Positions 36,712-51,348 are shown, numbered from the whole stretch's first letter. The stretch is 63,434 nucleotides of DNA, filler included, from Octopus bimaculoides (GCF_001194135.2; 7 parts of 7 records of this genome joined end to end with filler, not necessarily neighbours in it); one strand, 5' to 3'. The notes: generated by a model from the letters alone, not told the origin. Numbers and translations: made by a program.

Positions 36712-36945
36712 TCATCATCATCATCATCATCATCGTTTAACGTCCGCTTTCCATGCTAGCATGGGTTGGACGATTTGACTGAGGACTGGTGAAACAGGAT
36801 GGCAACACCAGGCTCCAATCTAATTTGGCAGAGTTTCTACAGCTGGATGCCCTTCCTAACGCCAACCACTCAGAGAGTGTAGTGGGTGCTTTTACGTGTC
36901 ACCCGCACGAAAACGGCCACGCTCGAAATGGTTTTTTTTATGTGC
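36712..36945 (-). mobile_element. Family E retroposon 3' end with (GAT)n tail
   Basis: (cat)n-cgtttaacgtccgctttccatgctagcatgggttggacg...ggatgcccttcctaacgccaacc. Near-identical inverse copy at 51795-51918; decayed copy at about 5800-5910. Confidence 0.8.
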
Positions 36946-37045
36946 NNNNNNNNNNNNNNNNNNNNNNNNNNNNNNNNNNNNNNNNNNNNTTAATTAATTA
37001 ANNNNNNNNNNNNNNNNNNNNNNNNNNNNNNNNNNNNNNNNNNNN

Positions 37046-37100
<55 letters not shown>

Positions 37101-37107
37101 CATTATC

Positions 37108-37169
<62 letters not shown>

Positions 37170-37170
37170 A
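37046..37170. repeat. (ATT)n microsatellite
   Basis: Read directly from the sequence. Confidence 0.95.
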
Positions 37171-37622
37171 AATGCTAATAAAAAACTACAGAGATGTACT
37201 TGCATAGCAAGTGACCTGATCTGAGATCGTGTGCGCGAACGAAAACAATTGCAGCATGGAATGTGTTTTTTAGCCATTTAAAACACTCAAAATCCGTTAG
37301 ATTCACTGCAGCATTTAAATTTAATTTGTCAAAATATTTTTGTCGTTTTGAGACCCGCGACCTGTTCACTGACAAAATACCGAGATGCATCTGAGAAAGT
37401 AACAGCTAGTTCGTGATATATTTGTATGTATGTATGTATGTATGTATGTATGTATGTATGTATGTATGTATGTGTACATGTATGTGCGTATGCATATGCA
37501 TACATGCGTATATGTAATTGTAAAGTCATATTCGTATAAGAAAACATCCGAATAAACAACTCTGTTGCTTTAAGGAATTAGAACAAATGAATGCCAAGGG
37601 CATTGCTGAATTAAGTGTGGCA

Positions 37623-37660
37623 TCTATCTATCTATCCATCTATCCATCTATCTATCTATA

Positions 37661-37705
<45 letters not shown>

Positions 37706-37723
37706 GTCTATCTATCTATCTAT
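37623..37723. repeat. (TCTA)n microsatellite
   Basis: Read directly from the sequence. Confidence 0.95.
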
Positions 37724-39183
37724 AGATCTGCCTATCTCTTACTTTTTCAAATTTGGTATTTACTCTCTAGGAATCTCTTGCCGAACCACTATGTTACGGG
37801 GACGTAATTACATAGATATGTATTTGAGTGTCTGTATATATGAATATATATACATATATATATATANNNNNNNNNNNNNNNNNNNNNNNNNNNNNNNNNN
37901 NNNNNNNNNNNNNNNNNNNNNNNNNNNNNNNNNNNNNNNNNNNNNNNNNNNNNNNNNNNNNNNNNNNNNNNNNNNNNNNNNNNNNNNNNNNNNNNNNNNN
38001 NNNNNNNNNNNNNNNNNNNNNNNNNNNNNNNNNNNNNNNNNNNNNNNNNNNNNNNNNNNNNNNNNNNNNNNNNNNNNNNNNNNNNNNNNNNNNNNNNNNN
38101 NNNNNNNNNNNNNNNNNNNNNNNNNNNNNNNNNNNNNNNNNNNNNNNNNNNNNNNNNNNNNNNNNNNNNNNNNNNNNNNNNNNNNNNNNNNNNNNNNNNN
38201 NNNNNNNNNNNNNNNNNNNNNNNNNNNNNNNNNTATGTATGTATGTATGTATGTATGTATGTATGTATGTATATATGCATACATATGAATACATATGTAT
38301 ATATATATGTATATGTATATATACATATATATACATATATATACACTTACAATATCAGAAATATTGTGTATATGTGTGTGTCTGTCAGTGTGTATGTGTT
38401 TTTTTTATATATAATGTAATGAATCTAAGCTCACACATATATTCGTTTTAAATAAAAAGAGGCGTCACGTTGTTTATAATACCACACGCATTGCTGTTAA
38501 TTCACTTCCGTCTTCTTGTCGATTAATTAGATAATTAGATCATTAACTAATAAATTAATGGCGTAATTGATTTATGAAAGTCCTCACGGTACATACAGTG
38601 ATGCAAGAAGCTGTTCTATCATTCAACCACTTACGTAGCTTTATAGCTAATAATTTCATATAAACGCTCTTTATTGGACTAAGCAATATCTCACCCGTTT
38701 GTAATACGATGACATGAAACAAACACATCTCATCACCTATATCTATGTGTGTCATTGTTCAGTTTTATTTCAAGTCTCTTACCAATAGGGAAAGCGCCGG
38801 TTTCTAACCTAGATTCAACGCCTCCTTCATTGGAATTTCAACATCAATAACAGTGTATATTTCCATGTATGTATGTATGTATGTATGTACGTATGTATGT
38901 ATGCATATATGTATGTATGCATATATGTATGTATGCATGTATGTATGTGTGCAGGTTTGTATGTCTTATGTATGTCTTCTCATGCATATAGTTGCAAATC
39001 TAGACATGCTTATATATATATTCAAATGATAAACTTCTGGAAAGTTTTACAGATTTTTACAGTTCCAGTGATGGATTGGAACGGTAGTCTTCGAAATAGC
39101 TTTCTACTTTCTACGTTTTGAGAAGCCTAATTTCTCCACATTGGTATTTAGACAGTGTGTTACATATCCCAGGGCTCCAACTT

Positions 39184-39253
<70 letters not shown>

Positions 39254-39254
39254 G

Positions 39255-39322
<68 letters not shown>
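39184..39322. repeat. (GATA)n microsatellite; another at 44155-44278
   Basis: Read directly from the sequence. Confidence 0.95.
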
Positions 39323-39574
39323 TTTGCATATAAACACCTATATGAGTGGCTGAAAGATAAAATACTGCTCTCGCCACTTTTCGTGACGTGAGGATTTTGA
39401 TAATGCAAAAATTCCGTTAATTTATTACTTAATGAGTCAATTATCTAATTAATTGAAAATAAATCAGAAATAAAATAAAGCCAGTATTTGTGTTATTATT
39501 GACAGCATGGAGCTTAATTTTGTTGAAAACTGTATGTGAGTCGATGGATTGTTAATACATATGCTGAATACAAC

Positions 39575-39730
39575 GTAGCTGTGTGTTAAGAAGTTTCCCA
39601 ACAACATAGTTCCGGGTTCAGTCGCACTTCATGGCAACTTTGAACAGATTTATTATGCTATAGGCTCAAGTCAATCAAATCTTTGTAGGATGATTTGGTA
39701 GATGGAAACTGAAAGTAGTCCTTCGTCTAT
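39575..39730 (+). mobile_element. Family D SINE, 5' half
   Basis: gctgtgtgttaagaag...gttccgggttcagtcgcacttcatggcaactttgaacag...gatttggtagatggaaactgaaag. Confidence 0.75.
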
Positions 39731-40589
39731 ATGTGTGTCTGCGTCTGTCTGTGTGTGTCTATGTGCGTCTGTGTGTCAGTGTGCCTGTGTGTCTCTGTAT
39801 GTGCTTGCGTGTACATGTGTATGTATGTGTGTTTGCGTGTATGTCTTTATGTCTCTCTCTTTGTTCTTCAGAAATGCTTAGCAACCGTTGTGTGTTTGCT
39901 TACGTTCACGTGAGATGATTACTATTCTACGTAAAATTGACACCCTATTTCCCTTAATTCCTCGGACAGGAGCCAAAAATAAAAAGAAAAAATGATAGAA
40001 GCTTAAATATGATTGAAGCGGTAACAGTTTCTTATATAACACGAAACATTCTCGGCCACCTTGAAATTTCTATAGACTAAATACCGGCTATATGCATTTC
40101 GTGTGTGTGTGTGTGTGTATGTATATGTATATGTATATATATGTATATATATATATGCGTATATATATTTATATATATGTATATATACNNNNNNNNNNNN
40201 NNNNNNNNNNNNNNNNNNNNNNNNNNNNNNNNNNNNNNNNNNNNNNNNNNNNNNNNNNNNNNNNNNNNNNNNNNNNNNNNNNNNNNNNNNNNNNNNNNNN
40301 NNNNNNNNNNNNNNNNNNNNNNNNNNNNNNNNNNNNNNNNNNNNNNNNNNNNNNNNNNNNNNNNNNNNNNNNNNNNNNNNNNNNNNNNNNNNNNNNNNNN
40401 NNNNNNNNNNNNNNNNNNNNNNNNNNNNNNNNNNNNNNNNNNNNNNNNNNNNNNNNNNNNNNNNNNNNNNNNNNNNNNNNNNNNNNNNNNNNNNNNNNNN
40501 NNNNNNNNNNNNNNNNNNNNNNNNNNNNNNNNNNNNNNNNNNNNNNNNNNNNNNNNNNNNNNNNNNNNNNNNNNNNNNNNNNNNNNNNN

Positions 40590-40622
<33 letters not shown>

Positions 40623-41064
40623 GCACATGTGTTAGTGTATGCAGCAGTGTTTCTATTCATTTTTCTTTGTGTGTGTATGTGTGCGTGCGTGCGTGTGTGT
40701 CTTATTGTGTGTGTGTGTAGCTGTGTGTCAGCGTGTGTGTGCGTGATGTACACGCCTCCGTAATAACCTACTTCACCGAAGTATCAACATGGCATCCTTC
40801 TTACTATGAGGCAATGAACGTGGTTACAGGAGAATAATTAAACAATTACATTTACTGGAATGAAAATTTCTTCTTTGTTCTGCATTCTAAGGGGAGTGCC
40901 AATTTTGGAGTATAATTAATTTCTAGTTCCTTTTTATGTTTCTTATTATATACGATGGGATATGGGTTAATTAGAAGAGGCGTACGAGGCTGTCTGATTA
41001 TTTACTTAAAAAATGATACCACATGGACACACAGACACACACATATAAATGTATATATAGATGA

Positions 41065-41101
<37 letters not shown>

Positions 41102-41107
41102 CGTATA

Positions 41108-41186
<79 letters not shown>

Positions 41187-41847
41187 TATATACATACATA
41201 TATGTTTGTATGTAATATTATATGGCTAATATAATAGACAGTAAATAGATCTAACATCAGTTGACATATACCACCAGCATACATTCAAAGTTACATATAT
41301 AAGCACACACATAAGCATACACACACGTATATCTATCAATCTGTATATATATATATATATATATATATAAATGTGTGTGTGTGTGTCTGTGTGTGTGTGT
41401 GTGTGTGTGTGAGTGTTACTATTCCTGACATATATGGATTACATATTCATTTTTTACATAATCACTAATTATAATTACACTAATTAAACATAATTTCTTA
41501 TCCTTTCTCTTTTACTAATTGTTTCTCTCTATCAATTTTCTAATTACTTTCGTTCAATACCCAAAGGCCATCCCAATCGTTTTGACCTTTACTCCTAAAA
41601 GATCTGACTACGCTCATCTCTACTGATTGTGAGTCGTAGTTTTGACAATGTTTGCTTCCCATTGAGTATTGGTATGCGAGTCATTTCTCACCTGGCTGTT
41701 ATATTAAGCATTAGCCTGGCTCATATTCATAGGTCAGTATATTTCTCCGAATATAGTTTGATACATTGATGATAGATGCAATGATACGAATAGTGATGCC
41801 GATTCGCCATGATAGATCGCTAGCCACTAAAACCTTTTCTGTTTTCT

Positions 41848-41915
41848 CTCATCTGTTTGTTGTCTACACCACCTGTCTTCGTCTTTTGTTGTTTTTTTTT
41901 GTAAATTTTCACTAT
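41848..41915 (+). repeat. 3' fragment of the Penelope-like repeat also at 46698-46852
   Basis: catctgtttgttgtctacaccacctgtcttcgtcttttgt...gtaaattttcactata matches the reverse complement of 46698-46755. Confidence 0.7.
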
Positions 41916-42006
41916 ATATATATATACATAGTGTGGGTGTGTATACTCACCTTTTATATATATAGTGTGTGTGTGTATGCTCACCTTATATATATATTTG
42001 TATATG

Positions 42007-42043
<37 letters not shown>

Positions 42044-42719
42044 CTAATGATATGTATATATATGTAAATATATGTATATACATATATATATATCCATACA
42101 TATATTTGTATATGTCGGTATATATTCATCCGTGCCTGTATGTATGTATGCAGGTAGCCAAGAAGTTGGTAGGTACTTATAATTTCATAGTTTTTCATAC
42201 GTATAACATGTCTGCTCAGAAACAGCTGAATATATTCACCTACACACTCATACAAATTGGTCACATGTCTCTCTAAGTGTACATGATGTTTCCATGCGTT
42301 TGTTTCTGTATCTTTCATTCTCTCAGCCTAGGAAACTGTTAACATAATTGGGTGTTTATCAGTTTGTCCGTGACTGTCAGTGGGTGTATATTTCTGCTTG
42401 TAAATTGTTGAGTATCTAGCATGGGGTCACGACCAATAGTAACACAGCTGGTGCTAATAGCCAGATGAAGTAAAGAAAACTAAACACGTATGCTTATGAC
42501 ATAAAATATCAGGATAGACTTCTATAAGGTGGAAAAAAATATGGAAGGATACTAAAGCACGTAGATGCCTTTGTTCAACGCTAACAATTCATATGAATAT
42601 GCAAATATACATACATATATACATATACACACATATATAAATATATATGTGTGTGTCTATGTATTTATACATATATATATAACATGGTATGCATATATAG
42701 AGTATATATATAGTGTATA

Positions 42720-42759
<40 letters not shown>

Positions 42760-43091
42760 NNNNNNNNNNNNNNNNNNNNNNNNNNNNNNNNNNNNNNNNN
42801 NNNNNNNNNNNNNNNNNNNNNNNNNNNNNNNNNNNNNNNNNNNNNNNNNNNNNNNNNNNNNNNNNNNNNNNNNNNNNNNNNNNNNNNNNNNNNNNNNNNN
42901 NNNNNNNNNNNNNNNNNNNNNNNNNNNNNNNNNNNNNNNNNNNNNNNNNNNNNNNNNNNNNNNNNNNNNNNNNNNNNNNNNNNNNNNNNNNNNNNNNNNN
43001 NNNNNNNNNNNNNNNNNNNNNNNNNNNNNNNNNNNNNNNNNNNNNNNNNNNNNNNNNNNNNNNNNNNNNNNNNNNNNNNNNNNNNNNNNNN

Positions 43092-43122
<31 letters not shown>

Positions 43123-43663
43123 CTATTCGCGTGTGTGCATGGGAATATATTGTCATGTCTGTGGTTATAGTATGCTTTTAGTAGAGAGGTAACTTACTTG
43201 TCAGAAAAATAGAAAAAAAAGGAAAAAAGACTAGAATAAAAGTGGATGAAATAGCATATTCGCATATAAAATGGAACATATGCTAATTATGAGATGAATG
43301 CATAGTGAGAGGGAAAGCTGTTCTGTGGCACCAGTGGGAAGAATTTGGAATGTCAGTGTTTTATTAATATGAATCACATTGGAGAATTACACAAGAATTT
43401 TGTGAATAAGAATTTGCATCGCAAATTACCTTGCCAACTTATTACGTTTATGGTATTTAGATTTCTGTGGAATATTTCTTTGTGTGTTTTTATGATTCTG
43501 TGCAGTTGGCTAATGCATGAATGCACTTGTTTGTATGTATTTGATGTAGATATATATATGTATATGTCAGTATATGTATATATGTGCACACGTACCTAGG
43601 TATATTATATTGTCAACAAACCCATGTATTATATATATATATGTATTTGTGGGTGTGTCTGTT

Positions 43664-43706
<43 letters not shown>

Positions 43707-43849
43707 TTGTGTGTATGTATGTATATATACACCCACACAGACAACTGTCCGTACTACTATGTATGTGCACAACGTTTACGTATGTGTGTATGTGCGAGAA
43801 AGAGAGACAGAGGAAGAGATGTGGAGAATAAGAGAAAGTCTGTGTGAGT

Positions 43850-43890
<41 letters not shown>

Positions 43891-44057
43891 NNNNNNNNNN
43901 GAGAGAGAGAGAAAGAGAGAGAGATAGAGAGAAAGGGAATGAAAGAGAAACGGAGGGAGAGAAAGTGAAAGTTTGTGTTTGTATGAAAAGCGAAAATGCA
44001 GTTGTTAGTTGACACACAATTACACACTGTACATACATATATAGAGAGCTAAAGAAA

Positions 44058-44089
<32 letters not shown>

Positions 44090-44156
44090 AACATACACAT
44101 ACACACGCATAAAAATGAGAGAGGAAGCGAAAGGTGCAGATAAATAGTTAGATACG

Positions 44157-44212
<56 letters not shown>

Positions 44213-44220
44213 TATAGATA

Positions 44221-44279
<59 letters not shown>

Positions 44280-44514
44280 TTGGATTGTTATTAATATTAA
44301 AAACATTCTATTAGCAATCATAATATCAATTTCCCATGCAACAGAGTATGCAATATAAAAGAACGTACAAAGGAAAAGAATACTAAAACGTTATATTTAT
44401 TATTGTGTATTCCATACGAGTCTTCACTGCGCCATTGTTGGCGGTGTGTGTGTGTGGGGGGCATTTGTTATGTTGAAGTGTATTTTGCTTTGACTTCTCC
44501 AGATTTTAATAGCG

Positions 44515-44515
44515 A

Positions 44516-44593
<78 letters not shown>

Positions 44594-44612
44594 AATACCA
44601 TTATTATTATTA

Positions 44613-44644
<32 letters not shown>

Positions 44645-44772
44645 GTTGTTGTTGTTGTTGTTGTTGTTATTAATATTAATATTATTATCGTTATTACTGC
44701 TGTTGTTGTTGTCATTTTTCTTGTCATCGTCACTCTCTTCATCTTCGTCATCATCCCCATATCCACCACCAC

Positions 44773-44825
<53 letters not shown>

Positions 44826-44901
44826 CCGTCTTTGTCGTCAGTAGAAAGTGTCATGATGTTTCAGTACTTAACACCAGTTTTGTAGAAATTATTATTATTA
44901 T

Positions 44902-44970
<69 letters not shown>

Positions 44971-45030
44971 CAGTAGCAGCAGCAGTAGCAGCAGCAGTAG
45001 TAGTTGTAGTGGTGGTGGTGGTGGTGGAAG
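44515..45030. repeat. Compound trinucleotide tract (ATT)(GTT)(CAT) followed by (GTA)(GCA)(GTG)
   Basis: Read directly; source of the poly-D/N/M ORFs. Confidence 0.95.
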
Positions 45031-45369
45031 TGTCATTATTCTCTCTCTCTTATTCTCGCTATTCTCGTTATCATTCACCGGGGACCTAGTCAGACGCTGT
45101 CACTGTCTATCTTCGAAGCCATTTTATCGTCGGCGAATAAGATTTCCTACAATGACTATTTGCATGTTGGGAAAAGAGAACAGTAAAAACAACAAAAACA
45201 TTAATAATAATACAAAGAGATGGGGATAATACAAACACAGATATAAAGTGTGGAGGTTTACATTTTATGAAATGACAAATTTTTTTTTAAAAGATAAATA
45301 TTGACGATATAAACTGCAAAAGAAAGGATACATGAATAGAATACAAAGGTTTAATAATGGTTGTGAGAA

Positions 45370-45710
45370 AACTATGGCAAGAGAAGCACCTTCATGATAA
45401 ATATTGGGTTAAGTTGAACAGAAAAGAAATAGACAAAGCAAAATCCCAACAGTGGCTGAGAAGCCCAAGACTCAAAGCAGAGACTGAAGGAATTTTAATT
45501 GCAGCACAAGACTAAAGCCTCCCCACCAGAAATTATCAGAAACATATAATGAAAAGAAATACAGCAATTGCAGAATATGTGGTGATGGAGAAGAAACAAC
45601 ATATCATATTGTCTCTGGCTGCCCAATCCTGGCTAAGATGGAATGTATTCATAGACACAAAAGAGTTGGGACCTATATACACAGGAAAAAAAAAAATAAT
45701 AATAATAATA

Positions 45711-45773
<63 letters not shown>

Positions 45774-45800
45774 TCATGCAGTCTGTACAAAGAGAAAATG
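45370..45800 (+). mobile_element. R4/Dong-type LINE fragment with CCHC zinc knuckle, interrupted by an (AAT)(ATT) run
   Basis: WQEKHLHDKYW...SQQWLRSPRLKAETEGILIAAQD*SLPTRNYQKHI, then a frameshift, then SNCRICGDGEETTYHIVSGCPILAKMECIHRHKRVGTYIH (C-x2-C-x9-H-x4-C as read in this decayed copy). Confidence 0.85.
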
Positions 45801-46265
45801 TCTCTTGGTATTGAGATCCTAGCCCCAAATTGAAACCTGAAAATCAACAAAACATTCTACTTGGCAAACAGAAAAAAAAATGACAGAATGAATGCAAATT
45901 ACACTACAAAATGGGCACTTACAAAGGAATGTGTGGGAGGAACAACCAGTTGGTAGAAAGCTGTGTTATTTCGAACAGTTTATGGCTTATATTGACTGAC
46001 AGCATTAACATTAAACTCCCACGCAGAAAGAAATATAATTGTTGTGAAATATAATGGAGATAACATCTTTGCAAATGGAATCGGTTTTGTGTCATTCCTT
46101 GCACAGATGTGGGTTTTAAATGTGACAAATTTGTCTTAAAATAAAGAATGTCTCCGAAGATTGTAGATAAATGCTGCAGTCAACGGAAATGTGGTAGTGA
46201 ACAGCGAATATAGAATCGAGATCGTCTAGCGTCCATTAGAAGAGGATCATCAATCACTTGTAAAA

Positions 46266-46337
46266 ATGGCGGAGAAAGTTCACCATGTGACCCGTGCTGC
46301 AAACTTGATGACATGGTGGTTCTTTCTCACTTTAATG
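46266..46337 (+). CDS. Candidate first coding exon of an unidentified gene (MAEKVHHVTRAANLMTWWFFLTLM)
   Basis: AAAAATGGCGG start context (strong Kozak, YY1-like), an open frame with a hydrophobic end, and donor ATG|GTAAAG at 46337/46338, in non-repetitive sequence. No family recognised. Confidence 0.35.
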
Positions 46338-46494
46338 GTAAAGACAGAAATAACAATTACACACGAAGGATGACAACTATGGAAATTTTATCGCCATTTT
46401 CACCACCAAACCTGATAGCTTCTACTATGAGAAGCTTCAACATGGAATTTTAACTTTTATCTCGTTTGCTTCAGTAATTATGTACGGCACGACC

Positions 46495-46660
46495 ATAATG
46501 GAGCACCGCCCTGAAGAAGTTTAGTTGAATAAGCTAAGCATAGTAATTATTCTATTTTAAGCTTGGTACTTTTCCTATCGGTCTCTTTGATATGTTACAG
46601 GGACCTAATACTTCCAGCACCGACCGTCAAGCGGTTGTGGGTGGCAATCACAGACACACA
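46495..46660 (-). mobile_element. Family D SINE, 3' half
   Basis: atggagcaccgcc...ggtacttttcctatcggtctc...gtcaagcg matches the reverse complement of 63144-63310. Confidence 0.7.
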
Positions 46661-46662
46661 CG

Positions 46663-46697
<35 letters not shown>

Positions 46698-46702
<5 letters not shown>

Positions 46703-46852
46703 GAATTTACAAAAACAAAAGACGAAGACTGGTGTGTAAACAACAAACAGATGTATTGCTTTAACGTTCAGGAAGTGAGAAAGTCTTTTACGCTTCGAGC
46801 CTACGCTCTTCGACAGAAAGGAAAGCAGAAAGAAACAGGGAGAGAAAATAGA
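46698..46852 (-). mobile_element. Penelope-like terminal-repeat remnant with a variant hammerhead motif (46784-46821)
   Basis: Minus strand reads cttt-CTGTCGA-a-gagc(gtag)gctc-GAAG-cg-TA-aaag. Homologous to 9636-9730. Confidence 0.55.
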
Positions 46853-47022
46853 TATATATACATACATATAGGTATGTATATATTTATACTCGTACATGTG
46901 TATGTATGTATAGCTTACATGTGTATATTTACATATATATATATATGGATATAAGTGTGTGTGTGTATGTGTGTGTGTGTGTGNNNNNNNNNNNNNNNNN
47001 NNNNNNNNNNNNNNNNNNNNNN

Positions 47023-47080
<58 letters not shown>

Positions 47081-47640
47081 TGTGTAAGGATGTATATACG
47101 CATAAAATATATATATGTGTATAAAATAATTACAAGAAATTTGGAAGGAAAGAAATTTGACGTTTCGTAAAACAAGGCGACAATGTTTAGCTGGACGAAA
47201 CTGCCAAGTCACTCCCACTCACACAATTCCGAAGCATTAATAAACACATACTCCACTAAACCGTTTTGTGTAATTTTTCAGTTGGATGCAAAATTGTTCT
47301 GATATACAACATGACATTAAAAACAAACTTTGAGAAATACACACATACAATATATACGAACACATGCGGAGCAATTGCATATTATTTCGTTCTTGTCAGA
47401 ATTTATCGCGTATTTTTTATTTAAATACAATAATGCCATTCCATATTATTAGAAAGGGATATCAAAATATATGGGTTTCTTGGTGTAAAGACGTATTATG
47501 AAAATTCTGTCGCCCGTAGCTTCTCTGATATATGTGAAATGATTATCACTTTCATAACGATGTAGATGCTGATACATTCATCCCACGCACATACACACGT
47601 GTGTGTGTGTTTCTGTGTGTGTGTGTGTGTGTGTGTTTCT

Positions 47641-47680
<40 letters not shown>

Positions 47681-47888
47681 ATTCATGTGTGTATGTACAT
47701 ATATAGAGATATACGCATGTATATGCAAATGACTATGGAACAGCTAATATCGCACGTAACCGTATTGAAGTGTAAATTTTTTGCCATAGTAGCAAATAAA
47801 AAACATGAATTTCTATTTTCCCATCGTCGTCGCCATCATCATCATCATCCTCATCCTCCTCCTCCTCCTCATCATCATCATCATCATC

Positions 47889-47889
<1 letters not shown>

Positions 47890-47937
<48 letters not shown>

Positions 47938-47945
47938 CATCATAA

Positions 47946-48000
<55 letters not shown>

Positions 48001-48008
48001 CATCATAA

Positions 48009-48068
<60 letters not shown>

Positions 48069-48070
48069 TA

Positions 48071-48105
<35 letters not shown>

Positions 48106-48144
48106 AAGCAAGTCACTGTCTTGTCTAAAACAAAAGTAAATGCT

Positions 48145-48185
<41 letters not shown>

Positions 48186-48208
48186 TTACTACTACTACTA
48201 CTACTACG
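47890..48208. repeat. (ATT)n with an internal duplicated catcataatc interruption, followed by (CTA)n
   Basis: Read directly from the sequence. Confidence 0.9.
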
Positions 48209-48539
48209 CTAGTATTGCCGCCACCACCACAATCATTGGGTTACGTGCGTAAATCTGTGTATGTATCTTCCTCTTTGTTGTCACCGCCAGGCTGAAGGTA
48301 TCACATACAATTAATTATAACTTCCACTCCGATTTCATACTCCGCTATATTTGTACGTGATATATGGTCTGTAATGCTGAGATAAGTATTATTAAAACAT
48401 CGTCCTAACTCTTGTGTTAAACATATTTAACAGTTTATGATACCTTGCTGCTTGTTAGACATCATTTTAAACACCCCGATAAATGCACAGAAAATGTAGA
48501 ATTTTATGTGTAAGAAAAAATATATTTTATATGCAAAAG

Positions 48540-48740
48540 TGAAGGCACATGACTTAGGGGTTACAGCATCGGGCTGACAACCATGAGAAGGCGAGTTCAA
48601 TTCCTGGATCGAGTTGTGTGTTGTGTCCTTGATCTAGGCACTATATTTCATGTTGCTTCAGTTCTCACAGCTGTAGAGATGACTTGTGACGTCACAGGTG
48701 CTAAGCTCTATCGGCCTTTGCCTTTCCCTTGGATATATAA
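48540..48740 (+). mobile_element. Family C (CORE-like) SINE, degenerate
   Basis: gtgaaggcacatgacttag...gagttcaattcc...gttgtgtccttgatctaggcactatatttcatgttgc...cagctgtag. Confidence 0.7.
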
Positions 48741-48919
48741 ATTCATATTCTTTAGCTTGTCTTGAAATGTTTACGTTTAAGCCCCTTCCAAATTTTCTTC
48801 TGGTGCCTGCTAAATACAGTTATCTGCGTAGCGATGTTTTTCCTTCTTTTACAAATCACAACTGTTCATGGTAATCACTGCAGCTGCCTTTAACATATCC
48901 AAATGTTCAGTTTTGTTGC

Positions 48920-49030
48920 TACGGAGCTTTACGTTCCGAGTTCAGGTCTGGTCAGGATTGACGTTGACTGCTTATCATCCTTTCAATGTCGATGAAATAA
49001 AATACCAATCAAGTACTGACGTCGATAGCG
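48920..49030 (+). mobile_element. Decayed family B SINE
   Basis: acgttccgagttca...tcatcctttcaatgtcgatgaaataaaatacca...gtcgat. Confidence 0.6.
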
Positions 49031-49874
49031 TTGCCTAGACGCTTTTCTTACGAACATCCGGTCTTTTCATTTAAAAACTATCTATTATCTCCCGCGCTCT
49101 GTCAACTCGGCACATCCAACATCATATCCTGTAGAACTATGGCGCGGAATTCAACGAATACCAACTGCCATCTCAATAGTAATATTGTTTCTTCTCTCCC
49201 ACGTTTTATAATTTCATGAAATCCATCAATTTAGAAAATGGTAAGCAGTCTGTACATTGGTTTTTCTTCTGTTTATTTTCATCTCCAAATAACACTACAT
49301 TACGCTGTCAGATTCTATGTTGATTTTCCTACAATCCTGCCATTACAGTTGTCAATGTCGAAAAGCAAATGATGTGCTAAGTGTTAAGCTAAGTGGCCAC
49401 TTGCATTAGAAACGGTCAGATATGTTCAGAACGATGACCAATTTTGAATTCTCTGAACGTTGATTATGTTATTAAGCTACACACTCCTTGTACCATTAAG
49501 TAGCAACTTCAGTAAAACTCACATGCTACGCAAACACATACATCCATGTAGAATATATCTATGTATCTATTTATGTATGCGTATATATATGTATGTATGT
49601 ATGTATATATGTATGTATATATATAGGTATGTATATATATATAGGTATATGTATGTATATAATAATGCAAATGATATATGAGCATATGCATGTATACATA
49701 CATATATGTACATACCTACATCTAGATGTATATATAGATGCATATCCGGGTACAGGACGTCAAAAAAGGAACGGGAACATAAACAAAGCACAAAAAACGG
49801 ACTTTTTTCTACGGACAACAGAATGAACACATGGCGTAGTGGTTGTGAACGCGGGCTACTATACATAATGTACG

Positions 49875-49942
<68 letters not shown>

Positions 49943-50115
49943 CCTTTCTACTAAAGGCACAAGGCCTGGAATTTAGGTGGAGGGGACTAGTCGATTACAT
50001 CGACCCCAGTGTTTCACTGGTACTTAATTCATCAAACCGGAAAACATAAAAGGCAAAGAGGACCTCGGCGGAATTTCAACTCAGAACATAGCGACGGTGA
50101 GATACCGCTAAGAAT
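49875..50115 (-). mobile_element. Family B SINE with an (ATT)n tail (AAT run at 49875-49942)
   Basis: ggcacaaggcctggaattt...gtcgattacatcgacccc...gacctcggcggaatttcaactcagaac. Confidence 0.85.
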
Positions 50116-50796
50116 TTGTGTGTGCAAATTTGCCGTATTGAGCAGAACACTATTTTTGACGTTGACCGTGTTATATATTCGAAATCATTGTTTATCAGTT
50201 TGTTTGGAACAGAAGTTCGATAATGATGGTTTATTTAACAACATTAGTCATCAATCAAATACTTATCGTTCGGTTAACTAAATGGAACTCACCATTTATA
50301 TCTCGAAAGAATTCTCAAACTGTTGCTTTGATGTCAGGACAGTGCTAATGGTAGGATTGGGTACCAAGCGTCAAAAGCGGCAGCTTTTGACAGCATAACG
50401 TTAAGCCGTACACACAACGTGACGCACACATGTTTCTATTTATGTGTACGAATATTTACAAATATGAATGTATTTTATGTATGTGCAAATCTATTTGTCT
50501 ATGTATCTTATACGTTCTGTCGCTCCCACCAACTCTGTCTTTCTCTTTTACCATACGAGTATTTTCGTCTTTCAGACAATCTCTTCATTTATACATTTAT
50601 ACACATGCAAAACTACATATAATATACATATATATGTATGCATATATATATGACATAGATACATATTATATGTGTATATATATATATATATATATNNNNN
50701 NNNNNNNNNNNNNNNNNNNNNNNNNNNNNNNNNNNNNNNTTAATTAATTAANNNNNNNNNNNNNNNNNNNNNNNNNNNNNNNNNNNNNNNNNNNNA

Positions 50797-51348
50797 AAGA
50801 ATCACAAAACGGAGTCTTCGAGCCGAGTCAGTCAATCACTGTAGGGAAAGGGGTAAACTAAGAACGCGATGGTTGAATAATACTAATAATCTCAGAGGGT
50901 AATACTTGGGAATGCAGATTGAAATCGTAATGACGGTTCTGTAGGGACCTCGCTTGGTCATGCCTGATTGAGATTCGAGATCGAATCTAAGAATTCTCGC
51001 TCGCCAAATCCACCCGCTATTTGCTGACCAAACGGGGAAATCTTTGTCCTGTCAAAAGGAACATTGATTGATGTGTTTCCACTTGACCCGCGACCTTGCT
51101 GTGCCAGGGAAAGTTCAAACGGACTGCGGGTGGCCTAAATGTGTATTATGTTATTTTACATGAAATATTCTTTACAGTCTACTGTTGTTTTATTGCCATT
51201 TATTTACTAGTATTATCAATTTTATTATTACAATATTTTTCTGGGAACGAATTACGATTTATAACGTTGCTGCTTTAAGAAATTATTGCTCGCTTTCCGA
51301 ACGGTCTCCGGGAACGAATTAACTCGGCAATCGAAGCATTACTGTAAT
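50797..51348. mobile_element. Tigger/pogo-like DNA transposon remnant, right end
   Basis: Ends in gggaacgaattaactcggcaatcgaagcattactg-TA, resembling CAGTAxxxCTCG-type TIRs, with a typical AT-rich subterminal part. The internal boundary is uncertain. Confidence 0.45.
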
